A stretch of DNA of 64,000 nt from Abditibacteriaceae bacterium. GTDB lineage: Bacteria; Armatimonadota; Abditibacteriia; Abditibacteriales; Abditibacteriaceae. How positions within the stretch are numbered: the stretch's first letter is position 1; every line of letters begins with the position of its first letter. The position numbers and the translations under genes were made by a program. This document shows, in pieces, positions 48,353 to 58,864 of this stretch. The stretch covers positions 1,888,001-1,952,000 of the forward strand of contig OZ255721.1 in NCBI GenBank assembly GCA_965277285.1, written 5' to 3'. Under the pieces are notes generated by a model. The model was given only the letters and a program-made list of their open reading frames with translations, was not told the DNA's origin and did not search any database.

Positions 48353-51300
48353 TTATGGCGCTGGAGTGGTGAACTTGTAATCGCCGGAACCGACTTGAAA
48401 AATCGCGGCGCCGTTTTCTTGACGCACGAAACGCACGCCTTGAGCATTCATGGCAGATTTGCCACTTTCGAGTACTCGATTGGCATCGGCAGCCGGAATC
48501 CGCACCATCGCCGAAGTGTTGGCGGGAATTGAAACATCGAGCGTGAAGGTGCCCGCTTCCTGTTTCCAGTGGCTTTGGATGCGACCGCGAACCGAATCGT
48601 AAGTCGCATCCGCGAAAGTCAAGCCCGGGCCAGGATGCGGCTGAATCAGGATGCGCTCGAAGCCAGGATATTGCGGATCGGTGCTGATGCCCGCGACGTG
48701 GCTGTACAGCCATTCGCCGACTGAACCGAGCGAATAATGGTTGAACGAGTTCATGCCGACATCTTGAAAACCTTTGTCGGGCGTCCAGCCGTCCCAGCGT
48801 TCCCAGATCGTCGTCGCGCCCTGGCGAATCGAAAATCCCCACGAAGGAAAAGTGTCGTTTTGCAGCAATTTGAAGGCGACATCGTTGTGACCGGTGTCGC
48901 TTAGCGTCGGGCAAAGGTAGCCGACGCCGACGAAACCCGTCGAAAGATGGTCGTTTTTGGCGGCGATGTCGGCGACCAGATGCTGCGCTGTCAAGGGGCG
49001 CAAAGCGGGCGGCAACAAATCGAAGCGCAGAGCCAGAACATAGCTCGTCTGCGTCTGGCCTTTGACCTGGCCATCGCTTGTCACAAACGCCGTGTTGAAA
49101 GCGCTTTTGATGTGCTCGAAAAGCGCGTCGTATTTGGCGGCTTCCTTGGGGCGATTGGTCGCGCGCGCCATGCGTGCCATCAATGAAGCGTCGTAAGCGT
49201 AATACGCAGTGGCCAGCACGTCTTTGGGTGTGTCGGCGCCGATGGAAAGCCAGTCGCCGAAGTCGTTGACGCGCCGCGCCGTCCATAAACCGTCGGGATT
49301 GGCTTCGCTGATGTAGTTCATCCAGCGCTCCATCGCGTTCCAGTGACGGTCGATGACTTCACTGTCGCCATACGCTTGATAAACCGTCCACGGCACGATG
49401 ACTCCGGCGTCGCCCCAGGCGGGAGCGCCGTTGGCCTCGTCCACTTTGCGCGGCGAGACATCGCTGAAACCGCCATCAGGCGCTTGCGCATCCTCGACAT
49501 CTTGCAGCCATTTTTCAAAAAACGCCGCAACATCGCGGTTGTAAGTCGCGGTGCGCGCGAATATCTGCGCATCGCCCATCCAGCCCAAACGTTCGTCGCG
49601 TTGCGGGCAATCGGTCGGGATGCTCAGAAAATTGCCGCGCTGTCCCCAGTCGATATTGCTTTGCAACTGGTTCACGAGCGGCGAGGAGCAGTTGAACGAA
49701 CCCGTTTTGGGAATATCGGAGCCGATAACGCGTCCGTTGATCGCATCCAGCGGCGGCGTTCCAGGAAAGCCCGTCACTTCGATATAACGAAAACCGTGAA
49801 AGGTAAAGCGCGGCTCCCAGATTTCTTCGCCTGTGCCCGCGCAAATATAAGTGTCAGTCGCGCGCGCTGAACGCAGATTTGCGGTGTATGCGCTGCCATC
49901 GGGATTGAGCATTTCGGCGAAGCGCATTTTGACCGTTGCTCCCGCCGCGCCGCGCACTTTGAGGCGCGCCACGCCGACCATGTTCTGTCCCATGTCGAAG
50001 ATGAACGTGCCCGGAGTTGGTTGAGTGATTTTGACCGGATGCACATCTTGCGTCACGCGCACGCCAGGGCCATGAGAGCCAACGAAAATGGGCGCGTCAT
50101 GAGGTTTTTCCTGGACGCCATAAGTCGCGCGCCGAATTGTCAGAACGCCGGTTTGTCCCGCGTCAGGGAGGCGCAGCGTTTGGCCTTCCGCGGCGTATCG
50201 AGTACTCGATACGCCGTTCAGCGTGTAATCGACTTGCAAACGTTTGATTTGGTTATAAGCCGGATCGCCCGCGATGTCGTTATTGGCCACAATCGACAAA
50301 GCGCCATTTTTTACAGCCGCTTGGACGCGCTCCGTGACATCCACAACCAAACTGTGGGCGATTCCGGGCGCGTTGACGGCGTTCGTCCAGCCGCGCGCCT
50401 GGAAATTAGTGTTGTCCCAATTGGTTTGAGCTTTGCGAGCATCATAAAACTCGCCCATTAACATATCGGAATAAACGATGGCGCCGGTGCTGCCCTGCCA
50501 CGAAGTATCCGTACTCACAATCTGGTGCGAACCGTCAACGAACTGTACATCGAGTTGCGCTCGCAGCGCAGGCGTGTCGCCATAATTATTTCGCTGTCTC
50601 GAAAACCCGACGTAACCCGAATACCAGCCATCGCCCAAGATCGCGCCCAGCGTATTAGCGCCATTTTTCAATTGATGAGTCACTTCATAGGCTTGATATT
50701 GAAAGCGCGTCGAGTAATCCGTCCAGCCCGGCGCCATCATTTCATCGCCGACTTTGGCGCCGTTCAGACGCATTTCGTAAATGCCGCGCGCTGTGGCAAA
50801 AAGCGTCGCTCGCTTGACGCGCTTGGTCAAATCGAAGGTTTTGCGCAACAAGGACGCGGGTGGCAGCACTATGCCGTCAACGAGTGTGTCACGCGGCGTT
50901 TGGCCGCTGATCCATTGCGCTTTCCAATCCGCCGCATGCAACAAACCCATGCCCCAGAACTGCATCGCGCTGGGCGCTGAACAATGGCCTTTTTCGTCCC
51001 AGACCTGCACGCGCCAAAAAGCCCGAACGCCTGAACTCAAGTGTTTTCCCGCATAACGAACGCCCAAAGTCCGCGAGGAATGAACCTTGCCGCTATCCCA
51101 TAAATCGGCCTGATTCACGCTTAAAAGTTCGGCGCTCGAAGCGACACGAACACGATAAGCACTTTGCATCCAGCCGCGTCCGCTCGCCCGAATGGTCCAA
51201 CTCAAGCGCGGTTGTGCGGCGTCCACGCTCAAAGGGTTCGTCAGATATTCGCAACGCAAGTTCTCGACAAATGCGGCTTGAGAACTCGTTTGGTCAGCTT

Positions 51301-51400
51301 GCGGCTTCGCGTCAGAGGAAAGGGAAAGCGCGTTGAGAGCCAATCCCGCGATTCCCAAAAGGACAAGAGGCGACGAGATGAGCGATGTAAAGTGGTGCAT
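48353..51400 (-). CDS. Alpha-L-rhamnosidase (GH78), secreted
   Basis: 'LRCEYLTNPL', 'APGWTDY', 'DMGQNMVG', 'FTFHGFRY', 'PTDCPQRDERLGWMGD', 'GATTIWERW', 'MNSFNHY'. Confidence 0.93.
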   Translation of the reverse strand: MHHFTSLISSPLVLLGIAGLALNALSLSSDAKPQADQTSSQAAFVENLRCEYLTNPLSVDAAQPRLSWTIRASGRGWMQSAYRVRVASSAELLSVNQADLWDSGKVHSSRTLGVRYAGKHLSSGVRAFWRVQVWDEKGHCSAPSAMQFWGMGLLHAADWKAQWISGQTPRDTLVDGIVLPPASLLRKTFDLTKRVKRATLFATARGIYEMRLNGAKVGDEMMAPGWTDYSTRFQYQAYEVTHQLKNGANTLGAILGDGWYSGYVGFSRQRNNYGDTPALRAQLDVQFVDGSHQIVSTDTSWQGSTGAIVYSDMLMGEFYDARKAQTNWDNTNFQARGWTNAVNAPGIAHSLVVDVTERVQAAVKNGALSIVANNDIAGDPAYNQIKRLQVDYTLNGVSSTRYAAEGQTLRLPDAGQTGVLTIRRATYGVQEKPHDAPIFVGSHGPGVRVTQDVHPVKITQPTPGTFIFDMGQNMVGVARLKVRGAAGATVKMRFAEMLNPDGSAYTANLRSARATDTYICAGTGEEIWEPRFTFHGFRYIEVTGFPGTPPLDAINGRVIGSDIPKTGSFNCSSPLVNQLQSNIDWGQRGNFLSIPTDCPQRDERLGWMGDAQIFARTATYNRDVAAFFEKWLQDVEDAQAPDGGFSDVSPRKVDEANGAPAWGDAGVIVPWTVYQAYGDSEVIDRHWNAMERWMNYISEANPDGLWTARRVNDFGDWLSIGADTPKDVLATAYYAYDASLMARMARATNRPKEAAKYDALFEHIKSAFNTAFVTSDGQVKGQTQTSYVLALRFDLLPPALRPLTAQHLVADIAAKNDHLSTGFVGVGYLCPTLSDTGHNDVAFKLLQNDTFPSWGFSIRQGATTIWERWDGWTPDKGFQDVGMNSFNHYSLGSVGEWLYSHVAGISTDPQYPGFERILIQPHPGPGLTFADATYDSVRGRIQSHWKQEAGTFTLDVSIPANTSAMVRIPAADANRVLESGKSAMNAQGVRFVRQENGAAIFQVGSGDYKFTTPAP

Positions 51401-51493
51401 AAGCGGTTGAGACTCCAAGGTTTCTATTGAATTCTTGAGGGAAGTGTTCGAGCGAACGTGCAGCCATAGTTCGATCAACGTGATCAAAGTCAA

Positions 51494-51565
51494 AGTTTGT
51501 CATTCTGAGCGCAGAGAAGAATCTATGTTCAGTTAGATTCTTCTCTGCGCTCAGAATGACAAACT
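51494..51565. repeat. REP/REPIN-like element, family A
   Basis: 32-bp perfect arms with loop tgttcagt, the reverse complement of the loop in the 26099 copy. Confidence 0.8.
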
Positions 51566-51818
51566 GCGTGTTCGAGTACTCGATTGTCAAAAACGGTTTC
51601 AGATAACCCAAGTTGCTACTTCGACGAACCCGCCCGTGAACGAGCGGGCTACATAACCAATGGTGCGGGTCTCTCATGTGCCTGCGAGTGAACTCGCGGC
51701 TGGGCCTCCAGCGGAGGACAAAGTCGGCCTGCGCCGACTAAACACCTCCGATTTGTAGTCGGCAAAGGCAGCAAATTGGGTTCGATAATCTCTTGCAATA
51801 AAAAAGCGGTCAACTTCA

Positions 51819-52610
51819 TTACTTCCCAATGCGCAAAGTGGCAGTAATCGGAAAATGGTCGCTTGGATACTGGTCATTGACCTCGAAGTTCACGACGCGC
51901 GTTTCGTCGGCGCTAACGTTGCCTTTCGTCAATATCCAGTCGATGTGCGGCCCATCGGGAACTGGCGCTTCGTAGCCATGAAAGGACGCGAAGTTTGGTT
52001 CCACGCGCTGCGTTGCTCCAAACCAGGTGTCGCTCCAACCCGCGTTTATGAATAGGTCATAAACTGGATTCGCGCGCGATTCAGCGTTGAAATCGCCAGC
52101 CAGAACAATCGGAATTGTGCTTTTCTCTTGCACCTGTCGCTCTTCCACACGTTGCACGATGAGCGCGGCGGCGCGTTCGCGGGCGTGTTGCGATTCGTGA
52201 TCGAGATGAGTGTTCCAAAACTCGAACTCGCGCCCGCTTTGCAAGTCGCGGAACTTAACCCACGTCGCCATGCGCACGCAGCGGTTGCCCCAGCTTTTCG
52301 AGCCGATCAGCTCGGGTGTATCGGACAGCCAGAAGTGGTCGAATGCCAGCGGTTGCAGGCGCGCGGTGCGATAAAAAACGGCGGCGAATTCGTCCCGGCT
52401 TCCACCTTCGCGGCCCAAGCCGATCCAACTGAATTCGGGACGGTCACGCGCGATGTCCTGGAGTTGCGCGTAAAAACCTTCCTGCGTCCCGATCAGGTCG
52501 GGCGCGACTTGGCGCAACAATTCGCTTACAACCGGACGACGAGAAGCCCACGTATTGGGCGGTATGTCGCTCGCGTGGCGCAAGTTGAACGTCATTACTT
52601 GAAGGGACAT
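51819..52610 (-). CDS. Endonuclease/exonuclease/phosphatase (EEP) family protein
   Basis: 'VMTFNLR', 'IGTQE', 'NTHLDH', 'GDFN', 'IDWI', 'PSDHFP'. Confidence 0.9.
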   Translation of the reverse strand: MSLQVMTFNLRHASDIPPNTWASRRPVVSELLRQVAPDLIGTQEGFYAQLQDIARDRPEFSWIGLGREGGSRDEFAAVFYRTARLQPLAFDHFWLSDTPELIGSKSWGNRCVRMATWVKFRDLQSGREFEFWNTHLDHESQHARERAAALIVQRVEERQVQEKSTIPIVLAGDFNAESRANPVYDLFINAGWSDTWFGATQRVEPNFASFHGYEAPVPDGPHIDWILTKGNVSADETRVVNFEVNDQYPSDHFPITATLRIGK

Positions 52611-52731
52611 ATGGAGATAAAATTGCGGCGCGCCATTGGGAAACCGATGGCGCGCCGCTTCTGAACCGAGTTGATCGGCGCCGCGTGAGAAATCGAGTAC
52701 TCGATTTCTCTTCAGTGAGCCGCGTTTGAAC

Positions 52732-54450
52732 TTAGTTGGCCAGCGACATCGCCGCGATTCTGATGTTGGGATTGCTCGGCAGCGTTACGAGTTGAACGGT
52801 CTTGGTTTTGTTGAGGGCGAAACCGTAGGCGTAAAGCGAAAACGGTCGCGGATCGCGGGCGCCGTTCGACATATTGCGATAATCCATTTTGAGACCGCGA
52901 CTTTCGCCCGAAAAACTTTGCGGCGAAAACCAATCGCTGAAGTTTTGCGACAAGGTTTGAGTTGTGCCATCGGTGTAAGTCACCAGAAACGTTTGACCAC
53001 GCTGACTGCCTTCGACAGCCGCGCCCAGCAACCACAACGACGAGAAACGATTGCGCGGCAACACAATTGAAGAACCTTGTGCCGATACGACGTTTTTCGC
53101 GCCCGCCGCGCCCATCGCAAAGCGCACGCCTTTGACGGTCAGCGAAGTGCCCAACAGATTGCTCGAAAACGCAGCGCCGCCATCATCGAAACCGCCACTC
53201 GCATCGAAATTGGCGGCGTCGCGCGTGATACCGACGGTGTTGAAGACCGACGCCAAGTTCACCGGAACGCTGGTTCCTGCTTGAACAATTGGAAGCACGC
53301 GAGGTCGGTCAGCGGCGGCAACTGGCGCCGCGAGGATGTTGGCGCGGTCAGCCTGATACGCTGTCAAAAATTCGCGCCACAGCGTGTCCACGTCTTTGCC
53401 GGTGTATTGCTTGAATTTGTCGTTGGTATATTCGCCAAAACGTATGTCGCGGTTGAGTTTGGAAACCAGGCGGCTGTCGTAATGCAATTCGCACCATCCC
53501 AGAAACGCGGCTGTCGTGCGATAAGAATCGTGATAAGTCGCCGTCTTCGGGTTGATATTGAAGGTGAAGTTTTGCGGCTCGAACTTGACCCAGCGGATGT
53601 AATCGGCAGTGCCTTCGATGAGCCAAACCGGATTGTAGGCGCTCATGGATTGAATGACGTGCGCCACTTCGTGAACTGTCAGCCCGGTATCGTCGGCATG
53701 AGCGCGCGCCCACGCAACGTTGACTGTCATTACGCCGCCACCCGTAGCCGCAACACCCGTGACGTCGGGGCCGCTCCTATAAATCACGTTGACTTTGTTG
53801 GGCGTGATGAAGCCGTCCGAATAAAGCAAAGCCGCCGTATCTTCCCAGGATTCGTCCATTTGCAAATCTGCTTTCGCCGCCCAGGTCTTCAAGTCGGGAG
53901 CAACCGAGTAATCGGAAAAAGCGCGCCCCGCGCCCCAACTGACGTGCGTCACTTTGACCGGCGAATTGAGCGTGATTTCGCGTATCACCAGCGAGGAAAG
54001 CGCCGAACCAGGATTGAGTTTGATGCGCAGAGATGCGACCATCGGGCTGTTCAAGGTCGCGTTCGCAGTGCCCTGCGCGTTGAAGGTCGCGGCCTTGGTG
54101 TAATTCGTGCCGTCGGTCGAAATCTCGATAAAACCGTTGGTCAACAAGTTGTCGCCGTCGAGGTTTCCCGTCGAGATGCGCAAAGAACGCAGCGGAACGG
54201 GACGTGAAAGCATCACCGTGAAATCGTCGCCATCGTCCATGCCGTAAACCGATTGGAAGAAGCTGGAATCGTCCGCGTCCATCGCCATTTCGGGACGATG
54301 AGCCACTGTCGAAGGCATGGTCGAGTAAATCGTGGCTTCGGTTCCGACCGTCATCGGCATTTGCGCGCTCGTTTGTGCTTGCGCTTGGTGGCCGATGCCG
54401 GAACTCAGCAACACGCAGGCGGCAAGAAAAGGGAAAGATGTTTTGTTCAT
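52732..54450 (-). CDS. Secreted basic-secretory-protein (BSP) family metallopeptidase-like protein with flanking carbohydrate-binding-type domains
   Basis: Signal peptide; F5/8-type-like N-terminal domain; 'TVHEVAHVIQ...WLIEGTADYIR...SYRTTAAFL.W'. Confidence 0.75.
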   Translation of the reverse strand: MNKTSFPFLAACVLLSSGIGHQAQAQTSAQMPMTVGTEATIYSTMPSTVAHRPEMAMDADDSSFFQSVYGMDDGDDFTVMLSRPVPLRSLRISTGNLDGDNLLTNGFIEISTDGTNYTKAATFNAQGTANATLNSPMVASLRIKLNPGSALSSLVIREITLNSPVKVTHVSWGAGRAFSDYSVAPDLKTWAAKADLQMDESWEDTAALLYSDGFITPNKVNVIYRSGPDVTGVAATGGGVMTVNVAWARAHADDTGLTVHEVAHVIQSMSAYNPVWLIEGTADYIRWVKFEPQNFTFNINPKTATYHDSYRTTAAFLGWCELHYDSRLVSKLNRDIRFGEYTNDKFKQYTGKDVDTLWREFLTAYQADRANILAAPVAAADRPRVLPIVQAGTSVPVNLASVFNTVGITRDAANFDASGGFDDGGAAFSSNLLGTSLTVKGVRFAMGAAGAKNVVSAQGSSIVLPRNRFSSLWLLGAAVEGSQRGQTFLVTYTDGTTQTLSQNFSDWFSPQSFSGESRGLKMDYRNMSNGARDPRPFSLYAYGFALNKTKTVQLVTLPSNPNIRIAAMSLAN

Positions 54451-54568
54451 AAGAAAAATGATAGCAATGCTTGAGCGCTTGAAGTGCGCATCAGGGAGAA
54501 GTCAGTTGGGCCGCCATCAACAAAGCAAGCGAGAAACAATATCGAGTACTCGAATTGAGGGAGCCAGT

Positions 54569-55696
54569 TCAGGAGATTGGGGCGTTCGCGTGTCGCGGGT
54601 CATAAACCGCAACGCCGACGAACGAATCTGCCGTGCCGTAGTAGAGAAACCATTTGCCCTTGAACGGCACCAATCCTTCGACAAAAGTCGTGCCCGCCGC
54701 ATATTGGCCGCTTTTTTCAAAGGGCAGTTCCGGCTTGAAAAACGGCGTGTCAGTACGCGCAAGGAGCTTCGTCGGGTCGGCGCCGTCGAACAACGCTTGC
54801 CCCGCCGAATAAGCGTTGGCACCAATGGCGGGATCGCCGTCCTTTTTGGCGTTCTTGCCGTTATACATCATAACGATGCCGCGCTTGGTCAACACCGGCG
54901 GTGGCCCGCCTTCAGCGAGATCGGAATCAAATTTCCCAACGCGTTTGTCGAGCAGCACCAGCAGTTTGCCGTTGCGTTCTACAGGTGTCCAGTGGATCAG
55001 ATCGGGCGACGAGGCGACACAAATACCAAACTCGCCATAATACATCCAGTATTTGCCGTTGATTTTGGCGGCCACCAGAACGCCGTCTTTGACTTCGCCG
55101 ACAATGGCGCCCGATTTCGACCATGTCGTCGTGTACTTGCCGCCGAAAGCTCCGGTGAACGCCGAACCGTGTTTTGTCCAGGTAAGGAGGTCTTTAGAAG
55201 TCGCCACCGCCAAACGCGCGAGTTTGTGGTTCCACTGCGTATAAGTCAGGACGAAGGTGCCGTCACAAGTCGCTATCAGGCGCGGGTCTTCGCAGCCGCC
55301 GTCCCATTCAGCCTCTTTTTGCGAATCGTTGTCGGGATAGAAAACTGGTGTGGGCAAGCGCTTGAAGTGAATTCCGTCCGCACTTTGCGCAAAGCCCAGG
55401 CGCGAAGTATGTTGCCCGATGTTCATCGTTCCACTATCGTCTTCGGCGCGATACAAAACCACGATGTGACCGTCTTTCACCGTGGCCGCCGGATTGAAAG
55501 TGTGCAGCGATTCCCAGTTGATGACGCGCCCGCGCATCGGATCATAGAACACCGAGTTTTTGTTTGGCGTAATCACCGGAACGGCATTTGTGGGACGCAG
55601 GAAAGGGCCAAGCGCCCAGGGCGGGAGAGATGCACATGAAGCCGACAAAGTCATAGATAAAGTTCCTGCCAGCAGAAGCGAAGAGCGGACTTTCAT
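54569..55696 (-). CDS. Glycoside hydrolase family 130-like (beta-mannoside-active) protein
   Basis: 'TFNPAA', 'LYRAED', 'SRLGFA.S.DG', 'GGCEDPR', 'TFVEGL', 'LYYGTAD'. Confidence 0.88.
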   Translation of the reverse strand: MKVRSSLLLAGTLSMTLSASCASLPPWALGPFLRPTNAVPVITPNKNSVFYDPMRGRVINWESLHTFNPAATVKDGHIVVLYRAEDDSGTMNIGQHTSRLGFAQSADGIHFKRLPTPVFYPDNDSQKEAEWDGGCEDPRLIATCDGTFVLTYTQWNHKLARLAVATSKDLLTWTKHGSAFTGAFGGKYTTTWSKSGAIVGEVKDGVLVAAKINGKYWMYYGEFGICVASSPDLIHWTPVERNGKLLVLLDKRVGKFDSDLAEGGPPPVLTKRGIVMMYNGKNAKKDGDPAIGANAYSAGQALFDGADPTKLLARTDTPFFKPELPFEKSGQYAAGTTFVEGLVPFKGKWFLYYGTADSFVGVAVYDPRHANAPIS

Positions 55697-55730
55697 CGTG
55701 GCATCTCCTTTTGGAATCATGATTGAAATC

Positions 55731-55789
55731 TGGTTTGGAATAGCGTCGCCTGACCGTAGTGAATCGTCAGGCGACGCCATTTCAAACCA
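55731..55789. other. Intergenic stem-loop between GH92 and GH130
   Basis: tggtttggaatagcgtcgcctgac / gtcaggcgacgccatttcaaacca; terminator or mRNA-stabilising hairpin. Confidence 0.5.
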
Positions 55790-55813
55790 ACAAACTTCGA
55801 TCCATCAGGATTT

Positions 55814-58702
55814 TTACGAAGCGAGAATCTCGATGCCGGAAATCTTGGCGTTCTTGTCCGAGCTGTTGGGCGCTGCAGCAACATGAATCACGATCTCGCC
55901 GTTCGCGTCGGGCGCGATGTTCGAGTACTGCTTTACGAGCGCTTTGTTTTGACCGGCCTCCGCCGCGACACTGAAGTTTGACAGCACGCGCTTGCCGTTG
56001 ATGTCGATGTTTTCCAGGCGATCACCAGGTTTGGCACCGAAAATTTCGGCGAAATGCAAGCGCACCGTATAGCGCCCGTTTTTCGGCACGGGAAAACGAT
56101 AAGAGTAGTTAGGGCCATAAGCCTCGCTCTGGTAAACCGCTTCCGGCGCGGCGTTCGGAACATTGACATCAACGTGTTCGGCGGTCATATTGGTCGAGGC
56201 GTCTTCGCTTTCAAAGGACACGAAATTGCCGACTGGATCGGCGCTGCCAGCGGCAACGCGAATTGGCAGTGGCAAAATCACGCGCTGCATCGGCGTCGAA
56301 GGCGTCGGCAACGGCGCGTATTGAAAATTCGCTGGCATTCCCGACGGCGGGCGCGAAGCCAAAGCCTTGCCCCAATTTAAATTGGGCTGCGAACCCATTT
56401 GAAAGCGCAACACGCCGCCCGCCATCAGTTGATCGTGTGTCAAGTAACTAACGGTCAGCGGTCTGCCGTTCAGCGTCGCCGTCTGGATATAAACGTTTTG
56501 CGCCGAATTGTTGGCGGCGATCATGGTGAAAGTGCGCCCGCTGGGAGCCAGTCGAATTGTCGCTTTGTCCACGCGGGGGCTGCCGATCACGTAAATGCCG
56601 CCGACCGGATTGACCGGATAAAAACCGATCGCGCTCCACACATACCACGCCGACATCTGTCCGCAATCGACGTTGCCGGGTTCGCCCGCAGGCGTGTCGT
56701 CATACAGCGTGTCCATCACCTGGCGCACGCGCTGTTGCGTTTTCCACGGCGCGCCAGCATAGTTGTAAAGATAGGCGACGTGGTGAACCGGCTCGTTGCC
56801 CTGCGCATATTGCCCGATCAGTCCGGTAATATCGGGAACAGCGGCGAGCACGCTCGAATCTTCGGTAAAGAGCGCGTCCAGTTTGTTGACGAAGGGCGTA
56901 TCGCCGCCCATGATTTTGACCAGGCCAGGCGAATCGTGCATCGCCGCCCACGAGTACTGCCAGGCGTTGGCTTCGGTGAAATCCGTCCACGCCAACTGCT
57001 TGGGATTGAAAGGACGACGCCACGAGCCATCGGCGTGGCGACCGCGCATAAAGCCGACCGTCGCATCGTACAGGTTGCGGTAGTTCGCCGAACGTTGCAG
57101 AAACATTTGCGCATCGGCAGTGTGACCCAACTTTTGCGCCATTTGCGCGATGCACCAATCGTCGTAGGCGAACTCTAAAGTGCGCGAAACCGATTGCTTC
57201 GAGCCGCCTGTCGACAAAACGTAGCCGTATTTGGCGAACTCGTCCTGGCCGTTGCGCGGGTTGAGAGCCGTCGCGCGCAAAGCCTGGTAAGCGGCTTCGG
57301 CATCAAAGCCCGTGAAACCTTTCAAATACGCGTCGGCAACAATGGGCGCGGAATTGTAGCCGATCATGATTCCGGTTTCGCTGCCCCAGAATGTCCAGAC
57401 CGGCATTTCCTGCGCGTTCCTCTCGCGGTAGAGGGCGAGCATCGAGTTCATCATGTCGGGTACGCGTTCCGGCTGAACGATGGTCAACAGCGGAGACTCC
57501 GCGCGAAAAATGTCCCAGATCGAGAAAGTCGTGTAATTTTGAAACGTCGCGCCGGTGTGATTTCGTCCGTCTGCGCCGCGATAAGTGCCGTCCGCGTCGT
57601 TAAACAACGTCGGCGCCAGGTACGACAAATAAAGGTTGCTGGCAAAAGTGCGGCGAATCTTGGGATCGCTGCTTTCGATTTGAATGCGACCCAGCACGTC
57701 GTTCCACTGACGCAGCGCAGCCGCGTGAACGGCATCGAAATCCCAGCCCGGAACTTCGCGGTTCAGATTGAGGCGCGCGCCTTCGACGCTGGTGGCGGAA
57801 ATGCCGACCTTGACCACAATCGCGTCTTTGGCTTTCGTCTTGAACGACACAAAGGCTTTGACGGACTTGCCGATGCCTGTCATCGCGCCGCTGGCCAAGC
57901 GCACGCCGTCTCGCTCGATTCCCGATGTGGCGAAGGGACGCGAAAACTGCATCACGAAGTAAATGGCGCGCCGCCCGCCCAGGCCATCGGAAATGCGCGT
58001 GCCGCTCATCGTCGTCGCGTTCTCGATGCGCAGCGACGACTCATAAGGGCTACTGCTGATACCATGCTGCAAATCGAGTACGATGTTCGCAGCGCCGGTT
58101 GCCGGAAAAGTGTAGCGATGCACGCCCACGCGCGCTGTCGCCGTCAGTTCCGCCAGGACGCCGGGCTTTTGCAAAAACACGCGGTAATAACCAGGACTGG
58201 CGCTTTCCTGACTGTGCGAAAACGGCGACGAATAATTGTTTTCATCCAGCGAAACATCCCCAACTGTAGGCATCAATAAAATGTCGCCCAGAGCGCCGAC
58301 GCCGGTTCCCGTCAAATGCGTGTGACTGAAACCGCGAATCACGTTGTCGGGATAGTTGTAACCCGAACTTCCGTCCCAGCCTTGAAGCGGCGTATCGGGG
58401 CTGAGTTGAACCATGCCAAAAGGCACCGTCGCGCCCGGATAAGTGTGGCCGTGATTCGTAGTTCCCACCAACGGACTCGCATCCGCCGCCGGGCCGGAGA
58501 TAATGGGGCCGGCGACAACAGGCGCAGCAGTCACACCAGAAGTAACACGCGCGGCAGTCACACCAGAAGTAACACGCGTGGCAGTCACACCGGAGGTAAC
58601 AGGCGCCGATTGTGCGCAGGCCGACAAACTTCCCAATGCCAGAGTCGTGGCCAACCCGAAGCAGATCATCGTGTGAGGCAATCGAAAAGAAGGTGTTTGC
58701 AT
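55814..58702 (-). CDS. GH92 alpha-1,2-mannosidase with C-terminal malectin-like domain
   Basis: 'GHTYPGAT.PFGMVQLSPDT', 'FSHTHLTGTG', 'SRTLEFAYDD', 'GNEP.HH', 'GN.DCGQMSAW'; C-terminal 'YTVRLHFAEI'. Confidence 0.92.
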   Translation of the reverse strand: MQTPSFRLPHTMICFGLATTLALGSLSACAQSAPVTSGVTATRVTSGVTAARVTSGVTAAPVVAGPIISGPAADASPLVGTTNHGHTYPGATVPFGMVQLSPDTPLQGWDGSSGYNYPDNVIRGFSHTHLTGTGVGALGDILLMPTVGDVSLDENNYSSPFSHSQESASPGYYRVFLQKPGVLAELTATARVGVHRYTFPATGAANIVLDLQHGISSSPYESSLRIENATTMSGTRISDGLGGRRAIYFVMQFSRPFATSGIERDGVRLASGAMTGIGKSVKAFVSFKTKAKDAIVVKVGISATSVEGARLNLNREVPGWDFDAVHAAALRQWNDVLGRIQIESSDPKIRRTFASNLYLSYLAPTLFNDADGTYRGADGRNHTGATFQNYTTFSIWDIFRAESPLLTIVQPERVPDMMNSMLALYRERNAQEMPVWTFWGSETGIMIGYNSAPIVADAYLKGFTGFDAEAAYQALRATALNPRNGQDEFAKYGYVLSTGGSKQSVSRTLEFAYDDWCIAQMAQKLGHTADAQMFLQRSANYRNLYDATVGFMRGRHADGSWRRPFNPKQLAWTDFTEANAWQYSWAAMHDSPGLVKIMGGDTPFVNKLDALFTEDSSVLAAVPDITGLIGQYAQGNEPVHHVAYLYNYAGAPWKTQQRVRQVMDTLYDDTPAGEPGNVDCGQMSAWYVWSAIGFYPVNPVGGIYVIGSPRVDKATIRLAPSGRTFTMIAANNSAQNVYIQTATLNGRPLTVSYLTHDQLMAGGVLRFQMGSQPNLNWGKALASRPPSGMPANFQYAPLPTPSTPMQRVILPLPIRVAAGSADPVGNFVSFESEDASTNMTAEHVDVNVPNAAPEAVYQSEAYGPNYSYRFPVPKNGRYTVRLHFAEIFGAKPGDRLENIDINGKRVLSNFSVAAEAGQNKALVKQYSNIAPDANGEIVIHVAAAPNSSDKNAKISGIEILAS
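58524..58600. repeat. 27-bp tandem repeat (about 3 copies) in the GH92 N-terminal linker
   Basis: gcagtcacaccagaagtaacacgcg unit, encoding VTSGVTAxR three times. Confidence 0.8.
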
Positions 58703-58864
58703 AAGGTGTAGAACCAAATCGAGTACTCGATGGCACTCTCGAAACAGGGACAAGCCGCTTGAGAGCGCGGGCAGAAACGGGCAGTTTGGAGACGTGGTGG
58801 CAGGTTGAAGGGATGTCTGCTTCCGAACCAATAGTTTAATTGAATGACGCGGATCAAACGCGTT

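Noticed and set aside
54332..55639. 435-aa plus-strand ORF
   Set aside because: Antisense shadow of the GH130 gene.
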